A DNA stretch of 64,000 nt from Paragordius varius. Lineage: Eukaryota; Animalia; Nematomorpha. Positions 28,701 through 41,901 of the stretch are shown here, one piece after another; within the stretch, counting starts at the first letter, position 1, and each line of letters begins with the position of its first letter. The stretch lies in NCBI GenBank assembly GCA_964247055.1, contig OZ176054.1, positions 7,068,001-7,132,000 of the forward strand. Direction: 5' to 3'. Below the pieces are notes generated by a model, which was not told the origin of the DNA, made no database searches, and saw nothing but the letters and a program-made list of their open reading frames with translations. The position numbers were made by a program, and so were the translations under genes.

Positions 28701-31700
28701 TCCTCTTAACCCAATAAATGCTACACCCAAAAAATCGATGATGTTACTGACAAATAAATCGGAAATCGACTTCACTAAAACTCTCATTTTAAACAAATCA
28801 TCGGATTCTTCTGCCGGAAAAGTTATGTCATCTGTAGTTAAGGACAAAACAAACATATCAATAATTGCTGCCAAGGATATAACCTTTAATTCTACACAAG
28901 CTAAGCTGAAACATGTTATAGTTAATTTGGAACCGCTAAAGGAAAAAGGCTTAGCTACTAAAGTTAAAGCAGTTCACAAGGGTATGGATATATTGTTTTA
29001 TTCACAGTAACGAGATCTATTATATGCCATTTCAGTATTGAAAATGGTGCTAAAATTAATTTGCATGCGTTTTTATTAGTCACATTTTCGGAAAATGAGG
29101 AAAATCCACAGGGTTCAATTAAACATGTGTAACTAATAAAATGGAAAATCCCAGACGCCATTTAAAATACCAAAATATTTCTGTATTTATAAGTAAAAAT
29201 TTAAATAATTAACTACTACAATGTATCTTTTTAGGCATAAAACCGAAACAAATAAAAACGAGCACATCATCGACCATCCTACCATTTATTATGGTTAAAA
29301 AAGACGAAAGCCAAATACCACACAAAGGCCTTAAACCACAAAAAATATTGATAACCGCTTCAACTTTAGCCCCCAAAGAAGTTCCTCAGCCACTTTTAGG
29401 GCTTAAAAAAGTTATTGCGGAATCAAAAAAGGAAAAGACATCGGCTCTAAATATAAGACAATCAAAGATAAGTAAAGTTAATGTTACAAGCACCACCATA
29501 AAGAAAACAGCAGTAAAAAACGAAAAATTAAATGCTAGAGTTTTACCAAAACCAGTCGCAAAAACGCAAAATTTAGTTAAAAAACCTTTGTCAAAAGTTA
29601 AGTCTAACGCTAAAATACCTCCCAAAGTTAATAAATTGCCCGTAGGAAAAAGGACTCAAAATAAGCCGATTTCTAATGTGAAATCAGCAATAAAACCTTT
29701 GGTTGTCGATTCGTTGAAAGCCACCAATATTACGATAGCCAATTTAAATAACCAAATAAACGAAGTAGAACTCAAACATGAGAAGAGGGCCAAAGAAAAA
29801 TCATTAGCGCTGAAATCAAATCGTGTACCAAAAGATGAATCAAAATTCCTATCAGCTTCTACAAATGTCCAACCCAATTTGCTAGTTGTCCAAAACTCAG
29901 GTCAAATTGCTAAAAATCTGGAGAATACGGCTTCAAATATTAATTTAATATCCATCATGTCTCAAATCGCGAATAAAACAATTGCCGACGAATTTGGCCT
30001 GTTTGAAAAGCGTAGTAATCATTCTAAAAGTTCCCAAATCTCTGATGTACCATCATCTACTCTATCATCTAATGGTGAGTAGAAATATATATTTTTATAT
30101 TTTAAGAACTTTGTGTTAAAATATATAATTAGGTAAATTCTTTTTACATGCTTTATGCTAATAATTTTATTAGAAATTGTGGAAATGAGCAGCTTAACTA
30201 CTGGCAAAATGAATTCCAAGACAAAAAATCCAATCGTAAATGCCACATCAAAAGGTTTGTTTTTGTGTTAAACACGGTTTTTACGATCTTATTATATTTT
30301 TTGATAATTTCCCGTTTCCCATAATTTTATTTAAAAATGATTTTTCAAATTATTCTTACATTTTATTATATATCAAATTTTCGCTAAGGATAAATATTTT
30401 TTCTGGATAAAAACGATACTTTTAAACCATTTTCATTCCATTTACACCTCCAATTCTTTGGGGTAGTTTTCAACCCAACTAAATTTCCAAATGAACTACT
30501 GTTTTGAATTTTGGTAAAAATTTAACTAACAAAAATTGTTCACCTGTATTAGATGAAAAAGCCATATTTTTATCAGTTGTTCTTCTAAAGTCCTAAAGGC
30601 GAGCCCCAAAAAACGGAAAAAACAGCTGTTTAAAATCAATATTTGTTAATTTTTTAGATAAGTTATTCAATAATATTCAAAAAAAATGGGAAAAGTTTGA
30701 ACTGAGCAATTTGCGGTTTACATAAAAAATTTATTCATGCGCCTAAAAGTTAAAGAAAGCATTTTTTACCCAATACTTTAATTATATATTTAAATTTTAT
30801 ATGGCTCTGGGGTACAAAACTACCCCAAAAGGTAATGAAGTTTTATTAATTTTGTTTAAAAAAACAAGGCTGTTTATTGTAAAAGCTATTACGTTAATAA
30901 TAAAATGACGATGCCCTTTTAATTATAATAGTTATAAAGTTAAAATGTCAGTGAAAATATAAAAAAATATAATTCTAATAGTAATCACACTATTTGAGTA
31001 GGGGTTTCACTAATCAATGCGTAAATATATCAAACTTTTTAATGGTGTTAAATCAGTTAGATTACAAAACTAAATTACATTTTAACTAAATTAAATTAAA
31101 CCAAAAATGTAAATACTATTTGATTACCATTACAACTATGGTTGTGCTGACCAAGTCCATGACCATGGTCATTTCAGCTGATTTTTGAAAAATTGCTGGT
31201 AATTTTTTTGGAAGAAAAATAGTAAGTTATTTTTTAATATATTTTAACAAAAATATATAAATATTTAAATTTGCTTATTTAAAAATTTAACATGTTAAAC
31301 ATGCATCCTTAAAACATTAGCATTTAAGCATATCCAGTTATTTCGAAAAAGAAAACAATCCAACTTTTTATAAAATATTCAATTATTCCATATATGTGAA
31401 CTAATAAAATGAAAAAACATTTTATAATTGGATATTTCAATGATCAAAGAAAGTGTGAAAGAAACAGGAAAAATTTTATTTGAAATATCCAGTATTAAAA
31501 GCGACGTATTTGAAAATTCAGAAGCAATTTCATAATCCAATATCGCATGGTATTTCCTTAGGTAAAGTGGTCATGACCACTACCATGGTCTGACCGGGTC
31601 TGACCGGACTTTTTTGAAAAAGCAGTCAAATGCACAACCCTAATTACAACGTTTGTTTTTCTTTAATTTTATAAATTAATTAATAAATTTTCGCTTAATA

Positions 31701-34700
31701 AAATATTTTTATTTTCAGCTTTTTTTCAGTATTACAATTTAATAAACTATATAAGCCAATCTATTTATTTTTTATAATATAGATTTTAGCTCAAAAACAT
31801 CAGTGACCTCTGGTGTGTTAAGTAGCAGTGCAATGTCATCCTTTTCAAGTATGAAAATGTTTAACAATAAAATTCAATATTTACAGACAAAATGTAAAAA
31901 CATAAAGACAAAATATTTTTAAAAAAGACACTCATACCTTTTTAAACCCTGTTTTTCCTGAATAAAACGATTAAATATTGATAATTGAGTGTTACCAATT
32001 TACATTTCAGTCCTTTAACTGCAACCCATAACGATAAATATAATTTTAAAAAAACTACTTTTAAAAATATGGCGGTCATATTTGTCTGTATAATTTCCAT
32101 TTTTACTATTTTAGATTTACTAAATAGTTTTTTCCGCTAATATTGTGTTGATTAACAAATTATATTATAAATGACAAAAACTATATAAAATAAAATATGA
32201 GAATGATGCTATTTTTACGAAGTTTAAATAAAAAAATATTCATCTATCTGCAATTTTTTAGGTGAATAATTTTTAAAGAATAATTAATGCAATTTTTGGA
32301 TAATTTATAAATAACAATATTTAAATTACTTAATTAAAAAATTATTCAGCTATCTGTATTTTAATCATCATTAATCAAAGTTAAAGTTATTTTCGAGCAA
32401 TATGTTACATTTGCGTATTTTCGCAGAAGAGGGGTAAATCTATGAGCCAGCACTGAATAGCCTTGAGGGGAGAGGCGGGTAAAAAAATGCATTCGTTTAT
32501 ACATTGTGTTTATTAAATTTAGTGGTTCCTCTAGTAATTTTATTAAAATTATATATAAATCCTAATTAAAAAAAAAGATTTATAAATGATTGCAGGATAA
32601 TAATTGGAATAATATTTTACTTGAAATAGCAATGGATATTTTCAACACGTCAGTATTGGTTGAAGAACTTTCAAGCGAGGAGTATGCCGAATATCTTAAA
32701 TTTCTGAACACAAGCTCCCTATGTATGATGATATATTTAATACCTTTTCTGATAAAACATTCTTTAATTTTCATTCGATTTTTTAATTCTTAATAGATTC
32801 AGATTCAACTACTCCCACAGTTTACACCACCCCAATATACACAGGAGAGCCCAAAATCCAAAAAACTACTCAACAGACTTTGGCTAAATCAACATTCCTC
32901 GCTCAAACGTCTCAAGGTATATCCGTTTTTCATATATATCAATGGTTCTCACCAAATATTTTTATAGCCCAAAAAAAATTATTTTTATGTCTCAAGTTTT
33001 TGAAAATATTTTATAGCTTTTTGACACATCTGCAGATATTTATACTCAAAATAAGTATACCATTTGCATCAAGAGTCTCATTAAACATTTCAAGTTGATC
33101 CTTGAACATGTCAAATTGATCCCTCAACTTTAACCTCTTTTTTTCATTTAACCAAACTTTTTAATCAATATCAATTTTTGAGCATTCAGAAACCGTATAT
33201 CTCTATGAAGTTCCTAAAAAATATATTAATTTTAATAAGATTTTAACATGTAATTAAAAAAATTATAGGTTTTCTGGGTTATTAATTATAGTTTTTCGGT
33301 TAAAAACATTTATAATTGAATAGTTTTGTTGAATTGGAAAAAATTAGTTCGAAGCAAAATATTGGTTTTAAATGAAAAATATTAATTTTGAATGAATTAA
33401 TATAAAATCAATAAAATTTTATTAGAAATTTAGGAGATAAATAAACGCATGCCAAATTTATGGTTAAACCCAAACTTAAAAAATTTAAGGACCAACTTAA
33501 AGTAGGACCAGCTTGAAGTTCAGGGACACTCTTGAAGAACAAATTGTATAATCAAAAAATTAAATTTTTAGCATAGGCATTTTTAAGGCCGCATGCGCTT
33601 AATGGGCCGCGGTTTGAGTACTACTGATACATATTATCACACAAATTAATAAAATAATATCAGTTTCAAAACTAAATTATAAGGACAAAACATAAGTAAA
33701 CATATACAACCCGTATGATTACCGTTGACTTATTTATTAACTAACCCTGCTAGGTTAATAACAAAAAAACGTAAAGTTTTAAAATATATGGGTTTCATTA
33801 ACAGACAAATATTTACATTTTACTTTTTATGTTTTGTCTTTATAATTTAAAGTTTACACTATTTTAGAAACAACAACAGTTAATTTGAAGCATAACCGTC
33901 TTTCACCCACACCCTATACTGCACGCATTGAAACGTTATTTAATCCAAGTATAATTACAAAAGCTAATAAATCTTCAATTTCCAATGTGGTCCCGAAAGC
34001 TTTAACCAACACTAATGTATCGTTTGTAGAGCAAGTTGTTGAGCGAAGAGGTTATTTGATATTTAGTTATTTGATAAATAAATTTTGTCACAAGTACAAA
34101 AAGTTTGAATTGTTTTTAATCAATTAATTGATATATATATAGATAAACACATCCCATCCATACAATTTGAGATAGAAAAGGTGAGAGATACCAGCAAAGC
34201 TGAAGCTCTAACATCACCTTTTGATGAAAATTATAAAGGTATTTAATATAATCGCACTTTTATCAAATTTAGTTATTTTGAAGAAGATTATACCAATATT
34301 TTTTTGCAAATTCCCTAGTTTTATGTTTTTGGGATCGGGCACAATTACTTCTCCTAAACGTCTCGCCTCACTACAAGGCAATGGTGTATGCCAAAACTCG
34401 TCTAACTCAGTGCCAAAGAGAAATTAAAACTGCGTTGACGCAAACTACGCCCACACAAATGACGTTAGAATTCCCGTATGATGAATGCGGAGCCATTTAT
34501 AAAATAGTAACTAATCATTATCATAATTTATTAAATAACTATTGATTAATTAAAAGAATGATTATATATGGCCAAAAACAGGCAAATATTTTGGATTTTA
34601 ATCTCACATATAATTGACAAAATTTCTAAAAATTATTATTTATTTTTCCGAAATACAAAAAAGGTTGATGACAATATTCAGTATTCGATTGGTATAATAC

Positions 34701-35610
34701 TTACCAATACACCACCCTTAATAACGAAAGATTCTCAATCCTTTACCATTATGTGTAATTATCCAATCACAGAGCTTAAAGCCGTTAGCGATTTGAATAT
34801 CTCGTACAATTTTAAAACATATTTCTTTTTGATTAAAGTTCCCTTTCAAATAGTTAAATAATATATTTTTATATTCAAGGGCCCAAAGAGCTTTAAGCCG
34901 TGGAAGTGATCAAACGTAAGAATTTTTATATAAACAATATTTTCAACTTATTATCACCAAAAACTTTGAATGTTTATTTATCGTTAATGTAATTTTTGAG
35001 ATATTGGGTTTATTTTTTACCATTTTTTAATTTTCCATATTTGCAATTATTCATTAACGTATAGTCAACGCTATTAAATATTAAATTGAATCAGATATTA
35101 CTTTCCAGGGATTCAAAATTCGTTAAAAGCATATTTCTTTAATATATATATTTAAACCATCCTCCATATTTAATTTTAAAATGATTTTGTTAGGATGGAA
35201 GAACCCGAAACAAAATTGAAAAATACTCCTGCACCCCTTAATTGTAATATGCAAATTTTAAATTCCAACAAATCGCTCATTAACGAAGCCAACGTCGGTG
35301 ATCAACTCATGTTTTACCTCCAATGTTCTGGTAAGCCTGCTAATAAAAATTCAATTGTAGATTGTGTTAATTTTTCTGTTATCATCAAATTTGCCCATTT
35401 GTATTTTTAAATTCTTTGTAGTTCTAAACTCATATTTTTGAGAAACATCGACAAGAAACAATGATTTAACTTACCGGTTACACCTTTATTGTATTTGTTA
35501 TTTATCCATAGTTTAACATTAAAACCACGAAATATATTTATAACTGATTTAATTTTAAAACAACTTTGATAACTGAAAAGAATGCAATACATTTAATCTG
35601 CGAATGTAGG

Positions 35611-35645
<35 letters not shown>

Positions 35646-36794
35646 AACTGTTTCTTTTTTATAAAATATCAATTTTAGTTGTATATGAAAATTTATTTTT
35701 CAATTTTATTGGTAAACAGATAGCTCTTATGGATTATTTGGGTACGATTGTTGGGCCCGAAATGTATTGGATAAGGATCAAAGCGTACAACTCGTGGATG
35801 AAGATGGGTAATTAATTTATACGCCAAATTTAATGTGATTTTATTTTAATTTTTTATGTTTGACAAAGTTTACCCATAGTAACCTAATATATCAATAAAA
35901 AAATTAAGTATTGTTGAATATACACATTTCCAATACATACTTAATAGTTTTGTCTTTATAACTGTACCTTATCTTATAATTTAGATGCTCAAAGGATCCA
36001 ACTCTGGTACAAAACTTCCAAAAAGAAGAAAATTCGAATGCAATATTTTCTCTTTTTAGGGCTTTCAAATTCCCATTTGATGCTAACATTCGATTTGAAT
36101 GTCGAATTAAGCCTTGTATAGGCCCTTGTGAACCGGTAAGTCATAAAATTCATATTATTCTTAAATTATTACATATTTAATAAAATCCCAAATTATGTTT
36201 CATAGACTGAATGTCAAGATTCCGATATAACGTATGGAAAGAAAAGGAAAAAACGTAGTATTGTCAATGCGGGTCAAATGATACCCTCCAATACTATATC
36301 ACTTAAGGCAACTGGTATGAGTTTAGGAAAATTGACTCCCGTTAAAATTGACACAAAAATTATAAATGGCGATAATATTAAACCAAATGTTACCGATTTA
36401 CAACAACGAAAAAGTAAAAAAGATAAAAATAGTAAATCTTTCCATAAATCTCAAGAAGTGAATAATAACACCTATAATATTCAAAATAATGAGAAAACAC
36501 GGCACACAAATGGTAAAACAGAACTGAACAAACATATAAAACACCTCCCGCCTGCAAACGTTATCGTTTCACAAGAGAAAATTTTGTTTAGCGTAATATC
36601 CATCAAAAATCCTAAGCCCCAAGTTACAGAGGAAAGCGTCATATACGACCGAAAAAGAGATGAGTTATCTAATTCCAAAGATAGATCTTACCTAGAAAGG
36701 GATAGTGGTGATTGGGGTATGTTTATATTTTTGCTATTCCCTAATAACCATTTTATATGGGTAAAAAAATTTAGATAATTTTTACATGGATACT

Positions 36795-36829
<35 letters not shown>

Positions 36830-38602
36830 TAAAACCAGTCAAAATTAATTTACGGAATTTTAAACGTTTTCCCAATGGTACCCGTCCATCCCTCATAATG
36901 TATTCAAACAAACTTATGCGGAAACCCAAAATTAAAAACAAAGGCACCAAACATAGCAATGTTGATTATTCCACTTTTAGACCAAAGCAAGAGGAATCCA
37001 CTATCACTTACCTCAAAGCGCGATCTAATTTCTCCATTCAAAATTTATTGCTAACCAACTCTACTGCCGATATTTTCACAGATATTATTGCTGGCGTAAA
37101 AGCAAAAAGAAAAAATGAACATCACCTCAAGGATTACTTTGACTTTATTGAAAGTGATTCAGACAATAACTCAAATATTGATGGTATATAACTTATATAA
37201 TTATACAGACAAAATGTAAAAACATAAAACAACTATTTTTTTTCAAAAGATGATAGTTTTAAGAAACTTGATTTAACGCCATAAACTAATTAAAAATTTT
37301 GCAAAATATAATTGAGTATGTTAACTATTTACACTATTCCCTATTTTTGGATTCAAAACGATGGGAGTGAAAAAATCAAGGATTTAATTAGTATTGTCTT
37401 TTAGAACAGGGATGTCCAAAACGCTTTTTTCGGCACACAAAAAGTGTATTTAAAAAATGTTAAAAAAATAGAAATGGATTACAAAAAAATATTTTCGATT
37501 ATTTAGAAGATATTCAAAATTGGGTAAAATAAATCAAAACATAAAGAAATTATCAAAGCAGCCGGGAAAATACTTGTGTACATCCCTGTTTTAGAAATAT
37601 AGAGTGGTGTTTTAGTTTTGCCTTGTTCCTATATTACTATAGTAATAATTAAATTGTTAACCTGCTTACTAACTTTTATAATGACGATATCTATATTTTA
37701 GCTATTTTGCATCATGTGACGCATTTTTACCAATGTTCTAATAGTAAAAACAAAAGTTTGATAAAGAGTGAACAATTTCACACGAAAATTCATAAATATA
37801 TACTCATTCAGTCTTTACTATCTAAATATCTATTTATTAGCGATTATGCCGGCAACGCATATCTTACGCTAAAACTTAATTTTAATATAGTTATCAATAG
37901 CAACCAATGTTTTATATTTTTACTATTTTAACAAAATTAGACATTACAAATGATATACAGCATCAAGAGCTTAAAAGCCTAGCCGACCTTGACATAGACG
38001 ATAACCATGGTATTCATGCCGTTCCAGTTACCTGTGTAAAACCAAAACAAATTTTCCTATTCGTCGGACTGAGCATCCTGATAATATTGATAGTTCTTAC
38101 CATTGGGTTTGTATATGTGCAGTATGGGAAAGGAAAACATTCTTCACTAAGTCTCAATGGTGGTAGCTCTATGTCAACCCTAACTTTTCAAAGCAATCTA
38201 AACCACGAATGCTCCGCAAATAGGTTTTTCCCCTGGCGTAATCAATGGCGGAACAATATACAAAACGAAAATTTATGTAAAGATAATCATCACGCATACT
38301 ATGTAAGTACACTGGCTACCCTAAACCAAAGCCATGCTAAAAACTTTCCATCTCAAGCCATGATGGATTATACAGCAACACCGCCATTCTTTAACAGAGT
38401 AAATGTTCCCTCTTACAATATACCCTGCGAAGTTATAGATAGGGCGTCGTCCTCTGACAAAATAATTACTAAAAACAATAAGAAAGAAGGAAGAAAAGAA
38501 ATACGAAAAATTAATAAAATAGGTAAAGAATCTACCCAACCTACATCCTGGGTTATACATGATAATTGTGTTGGGTATGTGCACGATGTTCAATCGAATT
38601 AA
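15848..38602 (+). CDS. Large fibrillin-like EGF/ZP transmembrane extracellular-matrix protein (FBN-1/Dumpy-like), ~3459 aa
   Basis: 35 hand-spliced exons totalling 10380 nt (divisible by 3): 15848-15916, 16271-16889, 18324-18440, 18612-18728, 18877-19002, 19212-19334, 19569-19697, 21066-21395, 21514-21642, 21736-21861, 21947-22433, 22687-23723, 24257-24649, 24724-25896, 25969-26322, 26572-26973, 27365-27748, 28111-28323, 28502-28576, 28661-28981, 29235-30074, 30174-30254, 31783-31848, 32797-32916, 33868-34050, 34143-34238, 34319-34506, 34664-34803, 34880-34915, 35194-35330, 35720-35807, 35985-36135, 36206-36716, 36827-37183, 37941-38602. Features: signal peptide [27 protein letters not shown]; LDLa-like [13 protein letters not shown]; ~25 EGF modules, mostly D[IV][DN]EC; ZP hallmarks ([63 protein letters not shown]); furin site RKKR; [25 protein letters not shown]. 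Small stalk exons are less certain than the EGF and ZP exons. Confidence 0.88.
19733..19777. repeat. (TA)n microsatellite abutting the foldback element; other (TA)n tracts at ~35612-35642, 36798-36825, 38843-38878, 42593-42612, 48101-48129
   Basis: Direct reading of the dinucleotide runs. Confidence 0.95.
19778..21010. mobile_element. 1.23-kb non-autonomous foldback/MITE element with ~540-bp inverted arms and TA flanks, in intron 7 of the EGF/ZP gene
   Basis: Left end TA|CACTAAGTACAAAAAAGAGGG, right end CCCTCTTTTTTGCACACAGTG|TA. ~19778-20320 is reverse-complementary to ~20470-21010. No ORF of note. Confidence 0.85.
31137..31642. mobile_element. hAT-superfamily MITE, 506 bp
   Basis: 8-bp target-site duplication attacaac at 31129-31136 and 31643-31650. 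Imperfect TIRs tatggttgtgc… / …gcacaacccta. Confidence 0.8.
33056..33550. mobile_element. MITE family with TATACCATTT[AG]CA termini and subterminal cttgaacacttcaagtt-like tandem repeats; other copies at 39543-40080, 46478-47592 (LINE-interrupted), ~62330-62798, partial ~56075-56150
   Basis: TIR-like ends tataccatttgca / aaattgtata, and ataccatttaca / tgtaaatggtata. Inverted arrays of ~21-bp degenerate units at both ends of each copy. Confidence 0.7.
37407..37588. mobile_element. hAT-type MITE, 182 bp, in the last intron of the EGF/ZP gene; duplicated at 44360-44541
   Basis: TIR cagggatg / catccctg with an 8-bp TSD ttttagaa on both sides in both copies, so it predates the duplication. Confidence 0.85.
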
Positions 38603-38842
38603 TTTTAATTTTATTATTACCTTAATAAGTATTTGGCAGACAATCTATTTACTACTGATTGGTGATATTTATATAATATCAATTTTGTATTTTTATAATA
38701 TTATGTCGTTTATATATTTAGTAAATGTCATTTTAATATCAACTATTATTTTGGCGACAATCATATGCTATTTTTACTCAAAATTATCAAATATTTAATT
38801 TTTTATATTCAAACCATGTTTATTATTGAATATAGTTTTACA

Positions 38843-38876
<34 letters not shown>

Positions 38877-40089
38877 ATTTAATTGCATTTGTATTACTTA
38901 ATGTCTATAAATGTTCAATAAATTACTACTTAACAAATTTATAATAACATATTTTATATAAACCATTACCTTGATTTATACGTCTAGACATAAACATATT
39001 TGTCTTAAGCGTAAAAAATTTGGAATATTGGATATTTAATTAATATATTGAAAAATTCAATAGGTTATTTGTTCAATTGAATAACAACAATTAAAAAATA
39101 TCAATAATTTTATCTCAACAAATTCAATTTTCAAGGACTACTAGATAATGAAAGTCATAAAATTTTGGTAATTAGTTTATATCCGTTCAGGCATAGTTAG
39201 GTAGTAACGTTCAATCTTGATACAATAGCCATAGCAACTTCTGGACGGAGCCTTTCGACTGTTACAATAAAAAAAGTAAGAACCATTTTATATAAATTAT
39301 GCATTAAAAAATTATATTGTAGCGGTGTATGATTATGAGATATTCGTATTATTGAGTAAAATAAACCAATTGATTATTTATTGTCTTAAGTGCAATAATT
39401 ATTAATATATTTTTTTACCATAACGTTTTTTGAACATGACTCAGCTAGGAATAATGATCATTTGCTTTTGCCATTATTTTTGCCAGGTTTAGTCATAAGT
39501 TTTAATCGGTTTTTAGTGAAAAACTAATTTTGAAAGGTCATTCATACCATTTACAGTTCAAGAGTCTCCTTGAACATCAAGTTGGCCCTTGAACACTTCA
39601 AGTTAATTCTTGAACACTTCAATTTAGTTTTTATACACTTCATGTTGGTTTTTCAACTTTTTTATTTTGTTTTTAACTTTTATCAATCAAACCAGGTATC
39701 ATTCATTTTTTATCATTATTAACCTATTATCTTTATTTAATCTATACTTTTAGATCAATAAAAAATTTTATCATACAGAAACCTATATTATAACAGGTAA
39801 ATGAAAAATATATAAATTTTCTGCGTTATTAATTAAATTTTTTTTGTTAAAAAATTAAAGTAAATTATTTTGGTAAAAAATATTTCGAACCAAAAAAGTC
39901 GATTTAAAATGAAAATTATTAATTTCAATTGAATAAATATATAATAAATAATTAAATTTAAGGTAAAAAATAATAAAAAATAATTACAAAAATTATAGTT
40001 AAATACAACAAGGATCAACTTGAAGTGTTTAAGGGCAAACTTGAAGTATTCAAGGACACTCTTGAAATGTAAATGGTATATTTATTTTA

Positions 40090-41000
40090 TTCAATATTGT
40101 ACATAGGCTTCTACACAATAAAGAGTTCAGCGAATGCATAATAATTTTCATCAAGTTTTGCTATGTGAGACGGAGCATCTATGTCGCAAAATGACTTTGA
40201 CATGTCTTCTGGCCAATTCCGGCCGTTTTTCGATTAATGCATGGCTTTGTTGGCGATAGCGCTGTGCACAAACGGGATCATCGGGTTCCAAAAGTACATA
40301 ATACAGAATATCGTTCTGATCCCATCAGGCACAGAGCACTTTGTCAAAACCATCTGGCATGGACGCGCTTGGCAAGGTTAGAGCCTAGATTTTTACGCTT
40401 TAAATTTACACAAAACAGCCATTTCTCGTCAACGACGCAAAAATAGATTTATTTTCTTGACGTTGAAGCTTTATTTCACATATAACTTTTCGATTTGGCG
40501 TTCATTTAAATTGGGAAACTATCAACCGAGTTTAGTCTTCTCGTTGCTCGTCATTTAATGATTGTTTTTTGTGATACATGTGATCTTCTGTTAATTGTTG
40601 TTAAGTTTGAGTTGGTTATTATTCAATCACTCTTGCACTATAGCGTGTTCGCAGTTGTGAGGTCTACCAGAGTACATACACTCATTACTCATGCATATGG
40701 AATCACAACTTTTAATATTTCAAGATTATGTTTCACATGTGTTTAATGATGGAGAATGTCCACCATATATTTCTGTCATCAGGATGATTTTCAACAGCCT
40801 TTTTGTTAAAATAAGAAAAATGTGTGCCGCAAATGTTTTTTTAAATACAAAATTCGGCATAATTACTGAATGGTAATAATACGCTAGTTTTTAGAAAACT
40901 CAACTGTTTATTTGTTGTTTGATGTCAGATGAACAAAATGGGGTTAACAAATAATGCCCTACGTACTTCGATGATGTCTTTTAGTTAAACCGGTAAGAAA
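40090..41000 (-). mobile_element. Degenerate mariner transposase relic; duplicate at ~47600-48050 has a ~500-bp internal deletion
   Basis: Minus-strand translation CVVDEKWLFCVNLKRK … LCA*WDQNDILYYVLLEPDDPVCAQRYRQQ matches the mariner TGDEKW and CVWWDQxGVIYYELL motifs. Stops and frameshifts are present. Confidence 0.85.
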
Positions 41001-41901
41001 ATATGACTTTGCATGTTAAGCATATAAACCTAAGACTTAATTAGGTATTCTGATATATTTATTAAAATGATAAAATAAGTTCAGATAATTATTTAAACAT
41101 ATAAAAAATTAAAAAATACAATTTTCATCAATAAAAATTATAACACTAACATGTCTTTAAAGACAAATTAACGGGTGTTAACCCTATGATTTTACGAAAT
41201 TTGTGAAGGTAACTGACCTAGTATATTATATGGAGTTTGCTATTCACAAAAATTGCAAAAAACTAATAAATCATATGCAGATTTATTGTTTACAAGATAT
41301 TCTGTGGCCCATATTATTATCTTTTGAGCAATACTCTAGAGTCGATTTAAATATAAATTATTATAAAAGTATCTATGATGTGGGGCCACAATAAAACTAT
41401 GCATTCTAAGATCTCATATATACACACAAAGTTTCAATGGATAGGAGGCTGTATAAAATTTAGACATTAGTATTTTGTAACTTTTTAATATTTGAGAATA
41501 TTGTTTGATTACCTTATTTGTACAAAAACCACTTTCCCAAAAATATTATGTTATAAGTAAGCTCTGGGCAAAGACATCCCAATTTGTGACCGTATACAAA
41601 AGTGAAAAAGTAATAGCTATGAAATAAATAATATTTGGTCTCATATTTATCCATCAACGCTTATTTAAAATAATATTTGATATACATTATAAGTAAAAAC
41701 TAATGGTATTTTCAATTAAATATTGCGCGAGATAGATAGCGTTTAAAAATCCTTTACCATTATGTGTAATTATCCAATCACAGAGCTTAAAGCCGTTAGC
41801 GATTTGAATATCTCGTACAATTTTAAAACATATTTCTTTTTGAAATTTAAAATTTCCTTTCAAATAGTTAATATATTTATTTCTAATTTCGTATATTCAA
41901 G

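Noticed and set aside
22059-30246. Numerous minus-strand ORFs (22059-22376, 22933-23253, 23154-23531, 24797-25054, 24921-25172, 26042-26380, 26574-26834, 29386-29625, 29656-29877)
   Set aside because: Antisense shadows of the long plus-strand exons; no independent start, splice or homology evidence.
32590-32793. Coding-looking intronic ORF (…[19 protein letters not shown]…)
   Set aside because: Its acceptor (32595) gives phase 0, while the flanking exons need phase 1, where the frame stops immediately; no family recognised. Possibly a transposon relic.
39550-39660. ~21-bp spaced repeats (cttgaacacttcaagtt) superficially like a CRISPR array
   Set aside because: Degenerate tandem units without unique spacers, inside MITE arms, in a eukaryotic intron-containing context.
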